A stretch of 64,000 nucleotides of DNA, taken from positions 1-64,000 of the forward strand of contig DF237157.1 in the NCBI GenBank assembly GCA_000708835.1. Direction: 5' to 3'. A program made the translations under genes and the position numbers. Shown piece by piece: positions 60,900 to 64,000 of this stretch (its first letter is position 1; the number at the start of each line of letters is the position of its first letter). This DNA comes from Klebsormidium nitens (lineage: Eukaryota; Plantae; Klebsormidiophyceae). Below the pieces are notes generated by a model. The model did no database searches and was not told the DNA's origin. It saw nothing but the letters and a program-made list of their open reading frames with translations.

Positions 60900-62615
60900 G
60901 CGCGGCACGTTTATCTTACTGTAGTGGAAGGTATGCATAGCTGCATGAAAAACCTGGGGTTGTGGACAGGGAGAGGCAAGCCAGCATCTAGGTGCGTTGC
61001 TCATGCTTAGGCTCGTGCGAGATGGTTGGTTTTCAATGTCAAGGAACCCCACGTTCGGACTTGGTAGTCATCTCGTTTGGAGGGTCAGCAGCAAAGCGCT
61101 TGGGATCTCTTGCCTAGCTGCATGTGGTGCGATGTCGAGTGAGTCAAAATAGACGATTTTGAACCTAGAAACCGAAGGTATGCTTTTGCTGACCGAATCT
61201 GCTATAGCAGAGCCCATGATTGCTTCTTCATCTTGGTCAATACTCTGCTTAAAATTGGAATCCTGGCACGTGAAAAGTCGAATGCTTCCGATCCGCAAAT
61301 TGCAATACGTACAAATGCTGATCATGCCGTCAATGTGTACGTTTTAGCTCGTACGGTAAAGGAGGCCCACTGTGTGCAAAAGGCACGTCACCAAATGGGT
61401 TGTCCTATAAGCCGCCTAGTTGCAATCATATGCATGGCCTTTTTAAATCGTCGTTATGGCCGCCATGATTCAAAATGATTGAGAGTTGAACTTGGACGGA
61501 CTTGGTATTCATATCGCCCATGCCACCGGCCATGTGGCCCACTAGCTCGCAATGCTTCTCCCATGATAGGGTGCAATAAATCCCCCGGGATTTTGATTTG
61601 AGTCCTCATACATGGGCCGGCCTCGCAAATCGCCTAACTACTATTTGAACACTGACTCAAGAAGATATCACTCATGTGCCAAAGCTAGGTACGGTATATT
61701 CAAACGGCCTGCGCCATCCTCAAGTTGATGCGGCCAATTCATTGATTAACGATTATAATGATGCTTAGAACCGCATGCAACATGATAACTAGCTAGCTAT
61801 ATCAGCCAAAAAGGAAGAATCGTCCGGCTATATGTACATGTGCCATGGGCTATGCCCGTCCGGATATACATATAATCATGCCAAATAGCCCAGTGCACAT
61901 ATATGGCGGATCGATCTTGTTTTCCTGTCAAGACAGCCGACTCTGAGTGCAGGCGGCTCAGAGTCCAGGTCAACCAAGAGCCTGGTTAACATGACGAAGC
62001 ATTATCTTTGGCTCATGATTTGCAAGTGACCTGCGACATGGGACAGTCGGCTGCCTAGCCAGAATGAAGCTATACCGCTTTTCTATCACTTGCAAATCAA
62101 GGTACATTCGCAAGTAAGAAGAAGCTGCCAGGACAAGATTTAAAAATGTGCCCATCAAAAGAGCGGTCACTAGATTCATTCACTTCAATGCCACGATGAG
62201 TCAAATTTGGCTACGTTTTCACTCCGTACCTTCCGGGACTACTGGCACTAGCTTTACTTCAAGGCTCAGTCTAATGTACGGTTCGTTTCACAGGTGCACA
62301 ATTCTGGAGGGCGTCAATGCTATATTTCCTTCCGGGGGTGACTACATGTACACACAAAGCAGTCTCTCTTCTTACATGGAACAAAGCCGTGCCGGGGCAA
62401 CCCGCAGCTGCAACCCTCCCGCGTCAACACAACCTACAGGTCCCCGTGTCTAAAGCTACCATACATCAAGCGGGCAATAAGGCCCTCCAATGAGAGTATT
62501 CTACAATGGCTAGCAATCGCTGCGCCAATGCGCACCAGCAACCTACGAATCAAATGGGGTGTCGCCAGAGCCCCCCGCTAATCATATACAAACGGGCAGT
62601 TGTCGCTCAACCCCC

Positions 62616-63736
62616 TCACATGAAATGCGTGACGACCAAGGTGATCAGCCGAACCGACGTGTATGCGAGACACACGTCCTCCACCGACTTTGCCACGCGC
62701 GTGATCCGCCCCACGTGCCGCAGGAACCCGAAGCACCGCATGATGCCCCGCTTCTTCCGCGGTTTCGCGCTCACATCTTCCGACGGCAACCCGACCAGCC
62801 CCCGGCACTTGAAGCTGACCGTACACGTGGCACGAAGGCGCATTTTCCGGCGGGTCGCTGGGGTTACGACCTTAACCCGGGGGCTCGGAGTCATGACCGG
62901 GAGGGCGTCAAAGTCTGACATCGCATGCACCATTCCGTCCAGCTCCTCCTCGGTATCAAACAACCGTTCGAGACACAGGCTGCTGTTGCTCGGCTTGAGC
63001 TTCGGCCGTTGCATCTGAACCCGGCAGTCCAAGTCGAGACCCAACTCACACCCGGGAATCCGTGACCCGGTTCTTAACCCCATTCCGAAACCCATCCCGG
63101 GGGAGTGCGCGCCCGCACTCCCGATGCCCACCGACGCCTCGATCGACCCCACCCGGTTCAAGGGGCGTATTCCCACCCCCGCCGAGGGGCGTGTTCCCAC
63201 CCCCGCTGAGACGCACCCAAACTTCTCAAGCCACGGCTGCGTGGATTGACCCACGTGGGTTACGTAGTAACTGATCTCGTGCTCCCGCAACAAACCCGGG
63301 TTGGTCATCCCAAGCGCAAATCCGAGCTGACACTTGATCGACTTGAGCTCGCTGTAGAAGGGGAGAAACGCCTTGGAGTCCCTGTCCAAAACCACCATAT
63401 GCCCGGCCGCCGCGTAAATTGCGGAGAAGGGGGGAAACGCCACCCGGATGAGCCCCTTCAGCACCCCCCTGAGACGGGGCGGAATCAAACCCCCCGCGCC
63501 GCTGAGCAAAGCTTTTGCGCCAAGGACGAGGGGCCCGAGGGGAGAGGGACGGAGGAAGCGCGCGGCGAGATCGACGGCCGCGAGCGCGTCCAACGGGTGG
63601 TCGCCACGTGTCGAGCCCATGGCGAGGTTGAAGAGGCCAGCGACAAGCGGAACCATGCGCGGGACAGCGTCGTGCTTGGATAGGATGTGCACAAACAGCT
63701 CCTTGTACTCGGTGTTAATGTGGTCGGCCAGGTCGC
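62616..63736 (-). CDS. Class-3 (Lipase_3) lipase-like protein, 3' part only (upstream exons beyond or at the window edge)
   Basis: Acceptor GTGCAG|GCGACC at 63737/63736. FVHILSKHDAVPR (catalytic Asp motif) and HEISYY (catalytic His motif) fit the class-3 lipase pattern. The GxSxG nucleophile motif is not in the window. A Gly-rich C-terminal extension follows. Confidence 0.7.
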
Positions 63737-64000
63737 CTGCACAAGAAATTGACACCATCAGAATGTTGACAACAGTGACGCATGGAACAACTTAATACCT
63801 GGCAAGCAACGTGCCTGGCATTGCATCGCACCCGCATTACAATCAAGAGCAGATGTAAAAACCCTTTAACAGCAAGGATATTACAGAGTGCTGACAAACT
63901 CGAGCGTGATGTTTGCTTGTGAAGATCAATCTCTCGTCCACACAAGCAGTACTCCTACTGCAAAGCGCGCTGCCAACCCGCCAACTGAGAGGGATTCTTC

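Noticed and set aside
1-64000. tRNA, rRNA or snoRNA genes
   Set aside because: No convincing T-loop/cloverleaf, rRNA or box C/D structure was found by eye. A tRNAscan-SE or Infernal run would be needed to exclude them.

Overview
This is a 64-kb, gene-dense, intron-rich eukaryotic nuclear region. Plant-type gene content and introns of about 0.3-1.6 kb suggest a streptophyte green alga such as Klebsormidium (inference, not verified). About 13 protein-coding genes can be assembled by hand from splice sites and reading-frame phase. In order they are: a small single-TM protein plus a possible second tiny ORF (+), SFT2/Got1 (-), a BCH/CRAL-TRIO protein (+), a type II membrane protein split by a probably false N-gap (-), a mitochondrial K+/H+ exchange-related protein (+), PLAC8 (-), a plastid PfkB kinase (-), a HeH/LEM-like single-TM protein (+), a two-TM/coiled-coil/Ada-like Zn protein (-), a probable thylakoid-lumen protein (+), an SDN-type DEDDh exonuclease (-), an ADP-glucose pyrophosphorylase large subunit (+) and a partial class-3 lipase (-). 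A 512-bp MITE sits in a divergent spacer. The most unusual signal recurs in four unrelated genes: the intron just upstream of an exon carries 1-6 degenerate copies of that exon's own 3' splice site and/or first 15-80 nt, many with the AG still intact. Gene orientation alternates almost perfectly, and the convergent spacers are rich in short palindromes. No tRNA, rRNA or CRISPR array was seen. All exon models are manual and unverified by transcript data.
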